Of a stretch of 64,000 nt of DNA, positions 37,747 to 48,484 are shown piece after piece. The notes under the pieces were generated by a model that was not told where the DNA came from, made no database searches, and saw only the letters and a program-made list of their open reading frames with translations. Source of the stretch: Blastocladiella emersonii ATCC 22665 (Eukaryota > Fungi > Blastocladiomycota); NCBI GenBank assembly GCA_025594325.1, contig JANHCV010000014.1, positions 992,001-1,056,000 of the forward strand, in the 5' to 3' direction. Position numbers and translations under genes: made by a program. Numbering within the stretch: position 1 is the first letter of the stretch; every line of letters starts with the position of its first letter.

Positions 37747-39110
37747 ATGAAGCAAACGAATGAAGACTTATTGCAAAAAGCAGAGCGCCCGCTCCCGCGC
37801 TTGCCTCTCGAAATCGTCGAGCAAATTATTCTCATCGCGCTTGGCGGTTGCAGCGGCACCAGTCCCGAGTCGGGTAAACAGGCTCTCAACTTGCTCCGAG
37901 CCTTCCCTGGACCTTCTCCGCACTTGCGCAAGTTCATCTCCTGCGACCCGTTGGCCGAGGGCTTCGGGATGTCGCGACGCGCCCCGCGAACAAGCGACAT
38001 CGCGAAGCGCTCCTCAAGCACTTTGTCCCGCCTCCCTCTCCCAGCAACGCCCTCGAATGTGCTTTCTACATCAAGCTCGCGTCGATGGCGGGTCGGACCG
38101 AGCTCCTCGACGCCTGGCGCGAGTCTGTAAACAAGGTTTGCAATGTTCCCTTCGCCATGGAAGCTCTTGAACTCGCGATTTCTGCGGGCCAGTGCGATTC
38201 GTTCGAGTGGTGGTGGCGCTACGGCAAGCTCGAAATTGACTACGACCGCGCGTTTGATATTGCGTTCGAAAATGATCAGGCTGCGGTCCTGAGCTTGGTT
38301 GCTGAGTGCTACCGCCCTCCTCAGCCCGACCCCAGCAGCAGCGATGGCGATAGCGACGAGGACGAGAACAACTTCGAGGACGAGAACAGCTCTGACGACG
38401 ACAACAACCCCGACCACGTACTTGACGATTACGCGTACGAGGCGCGCTATGAGTTCATTTATCGTAAAAACTTGGACCTGGTCGATCGAGCCCTTGAGCG
38501 CGGATTCACCAGTATTCTTGAGGAGTTCCCAATCAACCCCACGTGCACCGAGGTGCTGCGTGTTGACCTTGACTGGGCTGATGGGGTCTACTGGGATCGA
38601 GTGATTGTCGAATGCATCCAAAAGGATTGGCCGCACATGCTTGACTGGATGTCCAAATTTCAAACATGCTTTTACAGTATCAGAGCCCGACGTGGCATGG
38701 AGCGCAGCTGCGGCGGCCACGGCCCTGTCCTGCCGTTTGCGTATCTCCCCTGTAACGGCATTTCCTTCCTGGACGAGGCGACCGAGGCGTGCGCGATTGG
38801 CTGCTTGAAGTGGTTCAGCAAATACAACGCCCGTTGGGACGAACCGCTGCTGGGCACCGACGATTTCAACTTCCGCGTTGTTCTGAAGGCCGCGCACCTG
38901 GGCCACATCGAGATTATCAAGTGGTGGCTCAAATCGGGGCGCCTCGTCGATTACGAGCGAAGTAAGATCTTCGAAGTTCTTGATGTGACCGCGGACCTGC
39001 GCGACTCGGTCTTGGACTCCATGGACGAAAGCGAATCCGATTCTGACTCCGACCGAAACGCGGACAGCGACGAGGATGATTACAGCGAGGACGAGGACAG
39101 CGATGGTTGA
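37747..39110 (+). pseudogene. F-box-like + ankyrin-like repeat gene with a 2-nt frameshift near 37937
   Basis: LPRLPLEIVEQII at the N-terminus. Removing 2 nt at ttcatctcctg joins it to ...LASMAGRTELLDAW..AAHLGHIEIIKWWLKSG. Confidence 0.55.
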
Positions 39111-40669
39111 TTGCATAAACTGGTTTATTGTATCTCGAATCGAGATGTGTGGAGTGAACCAAGCAATACATGTTCTTTCTTAGCACCCGCCGCGCCGACC
39201 GTCCATAACACGCGAACCCGGCTCCAGAAATTCCGAGCAATTCAGACCACTAAACCCCAAACTTGACCGACCCACGACCTCGCGGACGCGCCCGTTGGCG
39301 CCCCCTCTCAACGACGGACCCGCGCTTCCGCGCCCGGGTTATCAGGGCTTGCGCGCGTAGCGGGCGTGAGAGCGAGAGCAATGGCGTTGAGCTGGCCAGC
39401 AGACGCCGACGCGTGCGCGAGATCCTGGGCCGCGTTCGATGGGCTTGATGGAGCCTGTTAAGGGGAAGGGCGGACGAGGATTAGTACACGGTGCTGAGAG
39501 GCGATGAATGCGAGCAAAAACGCACGTTCGTGGTCGCACTGGTGCGTAGGTGGGCGTCGAGATCAAGTGAAATGCGCCATGGCGTAACGACCACCGTTGC
39601 CGCTGTAGTTCAATAAATGCGTTCCACACCTCCAATGCGACGCCGGCCGTTGCACGGTGTGGTGCGAGGTAAATCGAAAGGATATTGGGCAGTCGGCCAT
39701 AAGACGGCCAATTCCGTTGAGTACGCCAGCCGGTCAAGATGCTTGTGCTGATATACTTCGGGTGAGAGAGAGCGCATTGTGACGTCGGACTCCGAGCAGG
39801 GAGCGATAGAGTAAAGTCTTGAGTCCGGCCCGCCGTTGCGCGGCACCTACTAGATCGGAGTAGCAATGCATCCGCTGAAGACGTTTCACTTCATTCGCCG
39901 CGAATGAAAGCGAGATGGTTGCAGTCATAGTCATGGCCTCCTCGACCAGAAATCGTACTGGCTCCCCGGACCGCTGATACGGTTGCAGGTTAAAAAGTTC
40001 AAACACACCCGTGGTAAACGCCTTTCGTGAGCTCTTGCATTGCCCCGAGTGTGCCACACGCAACTCCGACTTTGAAGCCTGCAGTGGACGCAAGGACGGC
40101 GAAACGACGAATGAGAGTGATGCAGCGGACAGCAACCGGGCCAAGGAAAGTCTTCGAGGCAGAGCGCAGATTTATTGTTTGAAGAGCTTTTCGTACGATG
40201 ATATCTGAGCCGGGTAATCAAGTCAGCCGAAGCGGTTCGAGTCAAAGAGTTCGACCAGGCGTCGCGACACGACAAGAGCACTCGATGGGCATAAATAAGC
40301 GGATTGCAGCAAGTGATACATAGTTTAGAGGGTCTACATGGCGTGGGACGCGTTGGATGGGGAGAAGCAGCGACCGCGACTAGCGCAGCTCAAGCCACCG
40401 AGATAATCGGATGGGAGTGACAGCGCCATCGCGTGCGCGTGTTCAACACGTCGATTCATTCGTGAATGCCTCACCGCTTGACCGCTTGACCGCGTGGGCT
40501 GTTTTGGGGCATAAATACGCCATTTTCGATACAAACTGAGTGCATCGCGCAGAAGCAGGCGCGACGTGCGAACAACGTCCGCGAACTCGTCCACCCGCGG
40601 CCGGTTCCGAAGACAGTTGTTCGCGCTGTCCACGCTGTTTGCACCCTCTAAATCGCCCTCGCCGAACCC

Positions 40670-42944
40670 ATGGACTCGATTCCGAAGCCACGGCCGCGGC
40701 GAACGGCCGCGACGAACACGCGCGCGAGACGGTCACGTGCGGGTGAGAGACGCGTTCCCGCGCCTTCCCCTGTCCACCCACCCGCGCTGAGCAGCGATCC
40801 GTGTCAGGAGATTCCGCCAGCCTTCTTCCATTTTAGGCAACGGGCGGCTCCCTGCATCCATGTTTGCACCGACTGGTTTCGGCAACCCAATGATCAGGCC
40901 GATATATTTACTGTGGCGACCACCGCCGCCGCCTCCCAGGCCGCCGCCGACCCCGCCCGCTCCGCCTCCTCTCCTGAATCGCTTCTCCGCCTCGTCGTGA
41001 GCGGACTCATTGCAAACCCCATTGCGGGCGCCCATGCATCACACATCAAGACTCCGGCTCGATCTTTGAAAGTGCCGACACGATGCCAGCCATCGGCGCC
41101 CGCGCCGTGTCCTACTTCACGCGTACGCCCGGCACCCGCGGCCACAACCATTCCGCGGCTGACCTTGCCACACACTCCGTAGGCAACGCGAAACTAGGCG
41201 CGAAGCAACACGATGCGAAACCATCCGCCGCCAAGCCCGTCTCTGGCCGCCCAGCGAAACCGCTCGACTCGGGCAACGTGCTGACGTCCGAGTCGACGGT
41301 CGTGTGCGATCCAGCGTCGCGGTCGTCGGTGGCCCTCGTGAAGCAGATCACGCCCAAATCGCTGTACCCATGGTCGGTGCCGACGCTCGGGCGCGGCGAC
41401 GCCATGCTCATGCTGTCCGCCGACAAGTGGCTGCTGCTCGACCCGCTCACGGCGCGCGCGAGTCTCCACGCGCTTGTCAACATGGACGTGCTGGCGGATC
41501 CGCTCAAGGGGAAGAAGGGCGACCGGATTCGGCTGATGGCCAAGCTTGGTCGGCTCCTCAAGCGCGGGACTCGCGGCAACGTGGTCGCGGACGAGGAGGC
41601 CAAGTACCTGCGGTCCATCTCGGTTCGTTCCTGCCTACGAGCCGACCACGCCGTACCCGACTGACGCCCTGCACCGTGTAGTACCCGATCGAGTGGATCG
41701 ACCCGCTGGCGCACGTCCTAGCGCAGTCGCTGACGGACCTGCCGCCGCCGGTGGTCCCGACGGCCGCGCAGCTCGACTGGACGCAGAGCCTGTTCAAGCG
41801 CGCCTACTCGTCCACCGACACGTCCGCGGCCGCGAGCGGCGAGCTCGAGTCGCGGTTCCCGAACCTGCTCGTGAACCTGCAGAGCGCGCCGTTCCACGCC
41901 GCGACATGGGTCCTGTTCCTCGAGTCCCTCGCGCGCATCAACCTGCTCAAGTCGGTCCCGAGCGCCGAACTCCGCGAGCTCGCGGCGCTGACGGACGTGC
42001 TGGGTTCGCCCGACGAGCACTGGACGCTGCTGGCCGCGATCATCGCGACGCTGCCGCTCGCGAAGCGGATCACGGCGGTCCTCGCGCTACACGTCGCCGC
42101 GGTCCTGCTCGTCCGCGGGCTCGCGATCAGCACCATCGTCAACTGTCTGGTCCTCAAGCTGTTCCGCACGCGCAAGCGCAAGGGTGCGACGGTGCTCGTG
42201 CTCGCGAAGCTCGCGCGGTGGATGGTCGAGACGGCGCGCGCTGCGTTCGGTGTCAACGGCGAGTCGATGTGCCCGAGCCGCGACGCGTCGATCGAGCGCG
42301 CCATCAGCTGTCTCCTCGAGACCGAGAACCCGGGGCTCGCGGCGGCGGTACCGGACGAGGAGACGCAGCCGTGCCCGTTCCTCGCGGTTCCTGACGTCGC
42401 CGCACGCGCACCGCTGCCGGCCGTCGCCGATCCCGCACGCGAGGAGGTGAGCCTTGCGGCGTTCCTCGCCGAGCTGCCCGCGCCCGCCGCCGCCCTACCC
42501 AACCCGTCGCACGCGTCGTCATCGACAGACCACCTGCACCTCCGCCGCCCAGGCCTCGCCGTTCCCTACGGCGGCAGCAGCAGCGGCGGTATGGTCGATC
42601 CGACGCAACTCGGCGCGCGGAGCGCGCATGCCCTGGCGCAGCTGAGCTCGAGCTCGCTGGCGGCGTCGCGCGCACGGCTTCTCGCCGGCGGCGGCGAGTC
42701 CGGGTCGGGCAGCATGACGCTCGCCTCGTCATCGTCAACGACGCGGTCCGACGGCGCGCGGAGCAGCAGCATGGCGCTCGCGACCGGGCGCAGCGGGAGC
42801 GCGGGCGACGTGGCGCGCGAGCACTGGAGCCGGTCGCAGACGGCGCCGACGCACCTGTTGCGACAGCTCGCGATCGTCAACGCGTCGCGGCGGGTGGGCG
42901 TGCGGTCGCGCGCGGCGGAGATGGAGGAAGCCGAGGATGAGTAG
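40670..42944 (+). CDS. Multi-exon protein with a degenerate RhoGAP-like domain
   Basis: IDPLAHVLAQSLTDLPPPVVP and IIATLP..LALHVAAV resemble the RhoGAP LRELPEPL and LP..L..HL..V helices. Exon structure is approximate. Confidence 0.4.
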
Positions 42945-42983
42945 GCGAGAGCGGGGGTTGTATTTACAAAGTTAGTCAGTAGC

Positions 42984-44144
42984 TCATTCCATGCAGTCGT
43001 AGCGGTACAGCTCGCGCGTCTTCTTCTTGTTGACGTCGAGGCCGAGGAACAGGACGAGCTCGTCGATCGAGTGGCGCATCGCGGCGAAGGCCTCGATCCC
43101 GCGCATCGGCGTGTTCGCGATCGTTGGCTTGTCGACGGACAGGTCGGCGGCGCGCGTAGTCGTGAGGACGGTGCCCGACTCGGGTGGCGACATGATGGAG
43201 ACGAGGCGCGGGTCCAGCAGACTGATCTCGACGACGCGCTGCGGCTTGTCGAAGATGGCGAAGAGCTGCGTGTTGACGACCGTGAGCGCCTACACGCGAT
43301 GCCAGAGTAAGCCGCCTGCTCAGCATGAGGGGAAGGGAGCGCCGTACCGCAAGATCCTCGCCCGGTCCCGGCGGATCGAACGCGCCGAGGTACGTGAGCG
43401 GAACAACGGGCACCGGGTCGCCCTTCTTGGGCCGCTGCGCCTCGCTCATCTCGATCGGCGCTTGGAACACGAAGATACGCGCGTCGGACTGACGCCCGGC
43501 AAAGAAAAACCCGCGGTCCGGGTGCGCCGGGTCGGGCACGTACGTGAGCGCCTCGATCCCTCCCACATCCTCGTCGATGCCGATCGCGCCGGCGAGCGGG
43601 AAGACGCGCTGCACGCTGCCGTGCGTCAGCGAGAACTCGAGGACGGCGGGCGGGAACTCGTGGCCGAGGTACACGACGTCTTTGCTACACGCGAGCGATG
43701 GGTCAGATCGGGAGACATCACAGCCAGAAACCGCGACGCGTACCGCGACGGGATCATCGTACACCCCTCGAGATCCGCGCGCCGGTCCTCGCCCTCATCC
43801 CTCTCCGTCGCCGCGACCACGGGATCCGCCGCTGCGAGAACCGCAGTCGAGTACGGCAGCTGCACGAACCACGACTTGCGCAGGTCGCCGTCGGGGCTGA
43901 ACTCGCCGAGCGTGCCGTCGTCGCTAACGACGAACAGCGAGCGGCGGCGCGCGTCGTAGTAGGCGTCGGACGGCTCAAAGTGTTTCGGCAGCGACGTGAA
44001 CCGCGTCACGCTCGCGGGCCGCTCCAGGCAGTAGCTGAGGTCCGAGAACTCGAGGTTCGCGTCGGCTTCGGCGGGCGTGATCTCGCGCGCCGCGGCGAGT
44101 GACGCCAGGGACAGGCATAAGAGGGATAGCAGAAAAAGTTTCAT
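42984..44144 (-). CDS. Secreted YjiK/SdiA-regulated-like beta-propeller protein (about 3 exons)
   Basis: Signal peptide MKLFLLSLLCLSLASLAAA; FEPSDAYYD..LFVVSDDG..FSPDGDLR, DLEGCT and GIEALTYVPD blades. Confidence 0.55.
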
Positions 44145-44330
44145 GGAGTCGAGTTGCGTGTGAACCGATGAGGACGGCGCTACTGAGCGACGGCGAGGAG
44201 AGAGGACGCGCCCGACGGCGCGCGGCGGCAACAGGTGACTGTGGCTGCGCCACCAAAAGGTCGACGAGGGCGAGCCGACAACGGATACCCCTCCTGTTTC
44301 TTGCACTAGCGCATCTCGCTTACGAAGCAA

Positions 44331-44407
44331 ATGTATACTTGGGGACATGATGCAACGGGCGGCCAGCCCCCGCGCACCGCGGCCGGCGGGAGCGACCGTT
44401 GGGAAGT
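44331..44407 (+). pseudogene. 5' end of host gene X, interrupted by the PLV
   Basis: AAGCAA-ATG at 44331, MYTWGHDATGGQPPRTAAGGSDRWE; continues in frame at 59586 after removing the PLV and one TSD. Confidence 0.7.
44403..44407. repeat. Left 5-bp target-site duplication GAAGT
   Basis: GAAGT immediately precedes TG at 44408; identical to 59581-59585. Confidence 0.92.
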
Positions 44408-44433
44408 TGTCGTATCCCTTAAGGGATACGACA
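44408..44433. other. Perfect 26-bp terminal palindrome TGTCGTATCCCTTAAGGGATACGACA
   Basis: Self-complementary; the right-end copy at 59555-59580 has one mismatch. Confidence 0.95.
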
Positions 44434-45463
44434 TGGGCTGACCTACTGCCACTCGGGCTGACCAATTGCTTACCCCGAGCGGTCGGCGGCAGTCACTCGG
44501 GGTAACCACGTGAGACCCAGTTGCTTACCCCGGGTGGTTAATAATATGTTGGATTCAAATGTCGTGTTCCCTTAGGGAACACGACACGCGGACGGAGGCC
44601 GAAGGCCGAAGCAGGTGGGCGGGAGGGTGGGTGGAAGGGAGGGGGCGAGTGGTTGAGGAGTGAGTCCCTGACCTGACCCCCGAGCCCGTCCCTAACCAAC
44701 CCCTTGGGCTGACCATCGCTTACCCCGAGCGGTCGGCGGCGGCCGGCGAGCGCAGCGAGACGAAGAGCAGCGCAGCTGCGGCTACCCACTGACAGAGTTC
44801 CCTGGTCTGGTCCCTGACCTGACCCCCGAGCCCGTCCCTGAGCCCGTCTGTCACCGCCCTTAGGGATTTCGCCACCCGGATCGGAGGCTGAAGGCCGAAG
44901 CAGGTGGGCGTGGGGGAGGGGGGAGGGGGGAGCAGCGATCACATGCCCCAGACGCGCAACGCAACGCGACCACAGAGTCACTCTACAAGCCGGCCCACGA
45001 CTTGGTCGGCGACTTGGTCGCGGCAATAGGCCCTTGAAGGCTCTCGGAATAATTCCACGAGAGGTCGGCGGTCAGTCCAAGAACGCGAGCAGCGACCCAG
45101 GTCAGCGACCAGCCCCTGACGGCTCTCGATGGCCGCCCCGAACTGGACCGGGTTTGAGCTCACTGGACCGGGTTCAAAGACAACCCGGTCCATGAAATTC
45201 GCTTGGGGTAAGCCATGGACTGGGTTGACCGGGTTGACCGGGTTGTTTTAAAGTAACAGTGTAGTGAAAAGGGGGGGAGGGACCGCTCCAGTGCCACTCT
45301 TCCCCCCCTTTCAAATCCCTAAAGGTCAATCGACCCCTCAACCCGGTCCACCCGGTCCATGGCTTACCCCGAACGAATTTCAATCAACTTGGTCCATTGA
45401 ACCCGGTCCATGGCTTACGGCGAACGGTTCAAAGGGCGGGCAACCCGGTCCAGGCTGCCGTGA
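44408..45463. repeat. Left TIR (1,056 bp)
   Basis: Reverse complement of 58524-59580; the mirrored ORF calls have identical offsets from the ends. Confidence 0.95.
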
Positions 45464-45607
45464 CCCGGTCCATGGCTTACGGCGAGCTGTTCAAAAGTGG
45501 TAGGGGCCCTGGTCGGGTCCACGATGCCGTAGTGTGTCCCGTTGCTACGTCATGCCAAGTGCGTTGAATGCGTTTGTCAATTTAAACTTTGTTGGACTAC
45601 TGTAACT

Positions 45608-45760
45608 ATGCGAGGCTGTATCAAAGAGATCGTCCCCCTGCCCAAGCCGCCATGCGATCACTATGATGCTCCCAGCTGGGTCCATGACAATGAGCTGCTG
45701 TGGGTCCAAGTCGTGTACCCATGCTGTGGGCACAAGTACACATACCGGCGGGTAGTCTGA
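45608..45760 (+). CDS. PLV small Cys/His-rich protein (50 aa)
   Basis: ctgtaactATG start context shared with other PLV genes; C..CDH..CCGH. Confidence 0.45.
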   Translation: MRGCIKEIVPLPKPPCDHYDAPSWVHDNELLWVQVVYPCCGHKYTYRRVV

Positions 45761-45810
45761 GAGCGACCAGTAAAGGCTTCAAGGTAGCTAACCAAGTTAA
45801 CTTGAAGGAT

Positions 45811-45966
45811 CTATTCAAAGCAGACAGTGTACACAACCTTGACACCTGGCAGGGCCACGTTGCGGATGGCTGTGTAGTTGGCTGTTGTCTGGGGGCCCGG
45901 ACGGCCAGTCCAAGGGATGCTCGTGGAAGGTGCGCGGGGCGTTGATGCAGTAGAGCCAGTATTCAT
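45811..45966 (-). CDS. PLV small ORF (51 aa), not in the supplied track
   Basis: MNTGSTASTPRAPSTSIPWTGRPGPQ..KVVYTVCFE*; agtaa motif upstream. Confidence 0.3.
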   Translation of the reverse strand: MNTGSTASTPRAPSTSIPWTGRPGPQTTANYTAIRNVALPGVKVVYTVCFE

Positions 45967-46020
45967 TGTCCTGTGTCTTACTATGCCTTCGCAGAAAGAA
46001 TTTAAAGCACATGTCGTTGC

Positions 46021-46122
46021 TTACTCTACGGCGCGGAATACTTTGCTTGTGTACCCAACAATGGCCAGGTTGGCTACAAGGATCAGGGCGTTGGTGGCAA
46101 CAAGGAGCGTCTCGAGGATCAT
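46021..46122 (-). CDS. PLV 33-aa single-TM micropeptide, not in the supplied track
   Basis: ctgtaaacATG; MILETLLVATNALILVANLAIVGYTSKVFRAVE*. Confidence 0.5.
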   Translation of the reverse strand: MILETLLVATNALILVANLAIVGYTSKVFRAVE

Positions 46123-46153
46123 GTTTACAGTAGAACAACAATTAAAGTCAACG

Positions 46154-46897
46154 TCAGATGAACGCAAGCTCGACGTAGAAGGGTTGGCCAAGAAAGTCGA
46201 CAGAGCGCAGGTTCTTGTCTACCACGTCAATGTCAATACAGTCAATCTGCTGGGCCTGTCCCTGCGCGTCAAAGCGAAAGTAGTCGCCCATGTGTGGTCG
46301 ATGCTCGAACCAGCTGCCAAAGGGTTGCGTGACGTGGATGCTACAAAGTACGCCGTTGTCTTGTGGGTACGCCAAGAACATGTTGTCCGCGAGCCGGGTG
46401 CCAAGGTTGCGCAAGTAGACGTGAAGCAGGTTGATGGGCGAGATGTTGACCAGCGCCGACCCGTACTGGACCTTGCTGTAGCCATACGCTCCAACAAAGC
46501 CCATGTGGACGTTCAGCAACGCCGTCCCTGTTCCAATTGTAAAGTCAACCGTGTCGTTGGCCAGGCGCATCTTCTGGGTAGTCGAGTCGACCTGGACGTC
46601 CCAGGAGCCCTGCCAGAGGTACGACGACGGCGCGTTGTTGAGCAGGCTCTTGAGCGTGGCCGTGAACGTCTTGACTGTGTAGTTGCCGTCAGGGACAGTG
46701 ATGGTACCCGGGAACGTCAGCGCGCCACGGCTCTGGGTCAGGTACACTTTGTTGGCCTTGGAGTTGACCGTGTGCCAGCTGTTGCAGAGGTACGCCGAGT
46801 TGACCTTGACGCCGCGCACGGACAGGGGTCGTGGCAGGTACAGGATGCCATTCTTGAGGTCGCGGCTGCAGATGGTCAGCGTCTTGTACTCGGACAT
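46154..46897 (-). CDS. Minor capsid protein (penton)
   Basis: TICSRD..LPRPL..VNSAYLCNSWHTVN..NKVY..ITVPDGNYT..LKSLLN follows the PLV penton N-terminal pattern; lies downstream of the MCP. Confidence 0.75.
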   Translation of the reverse strand: MSEYKTLTICSRDLKNGILYLPRPLSVRGVKVNSAYLCNSWHTVNSKANKVYLTQSRGALTFPGTITVPDGNYTVKTFTATLKSLLNNAPSSYLWQGSWDVQVDSTTQKMRLANDTVDFTIGTGTALLNVHMGFVGAYGYSKVQYGSALVNISPINLLHVYLRNLGTRLADNMFLAYPQDNGVLCSIHVTQPFGSWFEHRPHMGDYFRFDAQGQAQQIDCIDIDVVDKNLRSVDFLGQPFYVELAFI

Positions 46898-46915
46898 TTA
46901 AACAAAGACAACAAT

Positions 46916-47182
46916 TTATTGTACAGCTGTCCCCGTGTCGTCAGCGTCTGCCTCAAAGATCTCGCTCGTTGGTCGGTTGTACCAGGTGTGAATGTCTTGG
47001 GCGAGGTCGGCGCCCTTGGACACCATCTGCGCAATGGAGCTCACGGCGGGGTTGTGCGACCGCTCAAAGAACTTGGACACGGTCTTGACGCCTTTGAGGA
47101 CGGTCGGCATGTGTTTGTTGACAAAGGACCCGACCTGGCCGAGCACATTGCTAAAGTTGGTCCAGAGGTTACGGAAGATCAT
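46916..47182 (-). CDS. 88-aa protein with an N-terminal amphipathic helix
   Basis: Hydrophobic residues at positions 2,3,6,7,10,13,14,17,20,21 (IFRNLWTNFSNVLGQVGSFV); lies between MCP and penton. Confidence 0.6.
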   Translation of the reverse strand: MIFRNLWTNFSNVLGQVGSFVNKHMPTVLKGVKTVSKFFERSHNPAVSSIAQMVSKGADLAQDIHTWYNRPTSEIFEADADDTGTAVQ

Positions 47183-47224
47183 GGCGGGGTTTAACTCTAC
47201 GCAAGAAAAGAAAGGACAGGGCTG

Positions 47225-48445
47225 TTACTTGTAGATGTTGATCTCGCCGGTTGGCAGGAACTCGTAGACCACGTCGATGCCAATGAAGGCGTCCACGCGC
47301 TGGTTCGGGGCCACGCTTGAAGTCAGGATCACCTGCATGTCCACGGCCGGGCTCTTGCAAGACTTGTCGCCGCTGACCACGGTGCGACTCGACTCGAGGT
47401 CACGGCCAACGACAAAGGTACCCTTGGCCGGCGCGTTGAACTTGTCAACTGTGAGGCCAGCGCCAATGACGTGGCCATGGAAGGCATTGGTCAGCTCAAC
47501 GAACGCCTCGGACGCGTAGTTGTCACAGCGGATGGGTCGCTGAGGGAAGAGTCGGCCGGCCACGCTGAACTGGTACGATGTAATGGTCTTGGCACAAAGG
47601 AACGAGTCCTTGGCATTGTCGTTGAGCACGGCATTGTTGCGGAACAACAGCAGGATGTCTTTCTGTGAGGCCGAGCGGTCCGAGATGTTGAGCGTCGAGT
47701 TGGGCACCGAGTAGTTCAGGAAGTGGTGGTTGTAGGTCGTGCCAAAGAGCTTGAGGCCCTGCTTCTTGAAGGCCGCGTCCATGACCGCGATCTGCTGGTC
47801 GTTGAGCTTGATCAGGTCCAAGACAATGCAGACGTCCTTGACTGTGTAGCCCGGGATGGCATTGTTCTTGACCACGCAGGCGTCACTGCCAGGTGCAAGG
47901 GTGAACTCGACGCGGATGCCGCCCGTGTACTTCATTGGGAGGTGCTTCTGGTTTGCCAGCAGGGCCGACTTGATGGGCAGCATGTACCGGTGCAGCCCGG
48001 ACGAGACAGCGAACTTGTCCGCGCCGGACGCAAAGTAGCCCTGTGCCACGCCGAGACACAAGTCCTTGAGGTACTGGGGGACCGTCACGTCGGCCTCGAT
48101 GCGCTGACGCAGGTTGTAGTACAGGAGCTCTTCGAGTAGGGCACCGGACGCGCTGTAGATGCGGACACGGTCAATGACGCTGAAGATACCATCGCAGAAA
48201 GCAACGTTGGCGTCCGTGGTCTTGGCCGAGAACTGCAGGAAAGTACAGTGCGTGTCCATCATGTCGTCGCGCGGCGGGAGCAGGACGCTGATGCTGTTGC
48301 CAGGAGCAAACTCGGGGCCGCCCTGAGCCGTGAACTGGACGGTCTGGCGCTTGGCATAGACGGACTCCTTGGGCAGGTTGAACAACATCTCGGGAGGGAG
48401 AGTCTTGGACAGGACCTGTGAGAACTGGGCGTTGGTACTGGACAT
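47225..48445 (-). CDS. Major capsid protein (double jelly-roll, PLV type), 406 aa
   Basis: FAPGNSISVLLP..DTHCTFLQF..GIFSVIDRVRIYS..LEELLYYNL; YQFSVAGRLFPQRP; FVVGRDLE..VSG. Confidence 0.8.
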   Translation of the reverse strand: MSSTNAQFSQVLSKTLPPEMLFNLPKESVYAKRQTVQFTAQGGPEFAPGNSISVLLPPRDDMMDTHCTFLQFSAKTTDANVAFCDGIFSVIDRVRIYSASGALLEELLYYNLRQRIEADVTVPQYLKDLCLGVAQGYFASGADKFAVSSGLHRYMLPIKSALLANQKHLPMKYTGGIRVEFTLAPGSDACVVKNNAIPGYTVKDVCIVLDLIKLNDQQIAVMDAAFKKQGLKLFGTTYNHHFLNYSVPNSTLNISDRSASQKDILLLFRNNAVLNDNAKDSFLCAKTITSYQFSVAGRLFPQRPIRCDNYASEAFVELTNAFHGHVIGAGLTVDKFNAPAKGTFVVGRDLESSRTVVSGDKSCKSPAVDMQVILTSSVAPNQRVDAFIGIDVVYEFLPTGEINIYK

Positions 48446-48484
48446 GGTTTAGTTTAGGACTCGGCAACAAAAAAAGTCAAGGGT

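Noticed and set aside
39260-40400. Possible decayed gene or transposon
   Set aside because: Multiple stops in all frames and no motif I could recognise.
44570-44870. TTAGGG/TCAGGG as telomeric repeats for telomere integration
   Set aside because: Only isolated copies within palindromes; there is no terminal array, and the insertion is intragenic with a TSD.
44538-45503. ORFs inside the TIRs (and mirror copies at 58795-59450)
   Set aside because: They are built from repeats, have no start motif or recognisable domain, and are mirrored only because of the TIR.
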